Shown here: one piece after another, positions 63,390 to 64,000 of the stretch
Numbering within the stretch: the first letter of the stretch is position 1
Layout of the letters: each line of letters starts with the position of its first letter
Assembly (NCBI RefSeq): GCF_902713615.1
Contig: NC_052152.1
Span: 41,391,810 to 41,455,809, forward strand
DNA: 64,000 bases
Source of the DNA: Scyliorhinus canicula
Taxonomy: Eukaryota
Direction of reading: 5' to 3'
The notes under the pieces: generated by a model
Databases searched by the model: none
The model's input: only the letters and a program-made list of their open reading frames with translations
What the model was told of the DNA's origin: nothing
Translations under genes and position numbers: made by a program

Positions 63390-64000
63390 CAGGACCAATC
63401 CAATCCGGCCAATTATCACCCAATTTGTCAACTCTCGATCATCAGTATATTGTTGTTATATTATTTTCAAAAGTGCTATTTATCACGGGGAATTATTTAT
63501 CAATAGACTGCTCACTGATGCTCAGTTTGGGACCCGCCAGGCTCACTCAGCTCCTGACCTCATTTCAACCTTGGGTCAAGCATGGATAAAAGAGCTTAAA
63601 TCCAGAGGTGAGGTGAGAGTGACAAGGAGCCCGAGCAAAATTTGTGTCTGTGAGAATCAGGGCAAGACTCTCCACTGGTTGGAGTCATACCCGGCACAAA
63701 GGAAGATGGTTGTAGTGGTTGGAGGTCAATCATCTCAGCTCCAGGACATCACTGCAGGGGTTTCTCAGGGTAGTGTCCTTGGCCCAACCATCAGCTGCTT
63801 CATCAATGACCTTCCTTCCATCATAAGATAATGATGTTCACTGATTGTTCACTGCTGATGTTGGCACATTGTTCAGCACCATTCGCGACTCCTGAGACAC
63901 TGAAGCAGTCCACATGCAAATTCAACAAGACCTGGATAATACCCAGGCTGGGGCTGACAGGTGACAAGTTACATTTGTGCCACACAAGTGTCAGGCAATG
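63390..64000 (+). mobile_element. Family C LINE RT fragment
   Basis: ITAGVSQGSVLGPTISCFINDLPS. Confidence 0.9.

Overview
Vertebrate genomic DNA, almost certainly from a shark: it has many HE1-type V-SINEs plus shark-type CR1, L1, Gypsy and Penelope elements (the species assignment is inference). Most of the window is transposon-derived and often nested. The one host gene I can reconstruct is on the minus strand and spans about 31 kb. It is a non-rearranging immunoglobulin-superfamily receptor with four phase-compatible coding exons: leader (48573-48636), V/VJ-type domain (41885-42250), C1-set domain (39528-39833) and a transmembrane exon (18451-18560) carrying an intramembrane Arg. These give 282 codons with no internal stop; the cytoplasmic exon is unresolved. 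The V domain resembles TMIGD2/CD28H and NKp30, while the V+C1 layout resembles an antigen-receptor chain. The first ~6.6 kb has no recognisable repeats and looks like the 3' end of an unidentified plus-strand gene with alternative last exons. Two related Gypsy elements have no tRNA primer-binding site; the sequence just inside the 5' LTR is instead complementary to the LTR's own AATAAA-containing tract. All calls come from reading the sequence by eye; no database searches were run.
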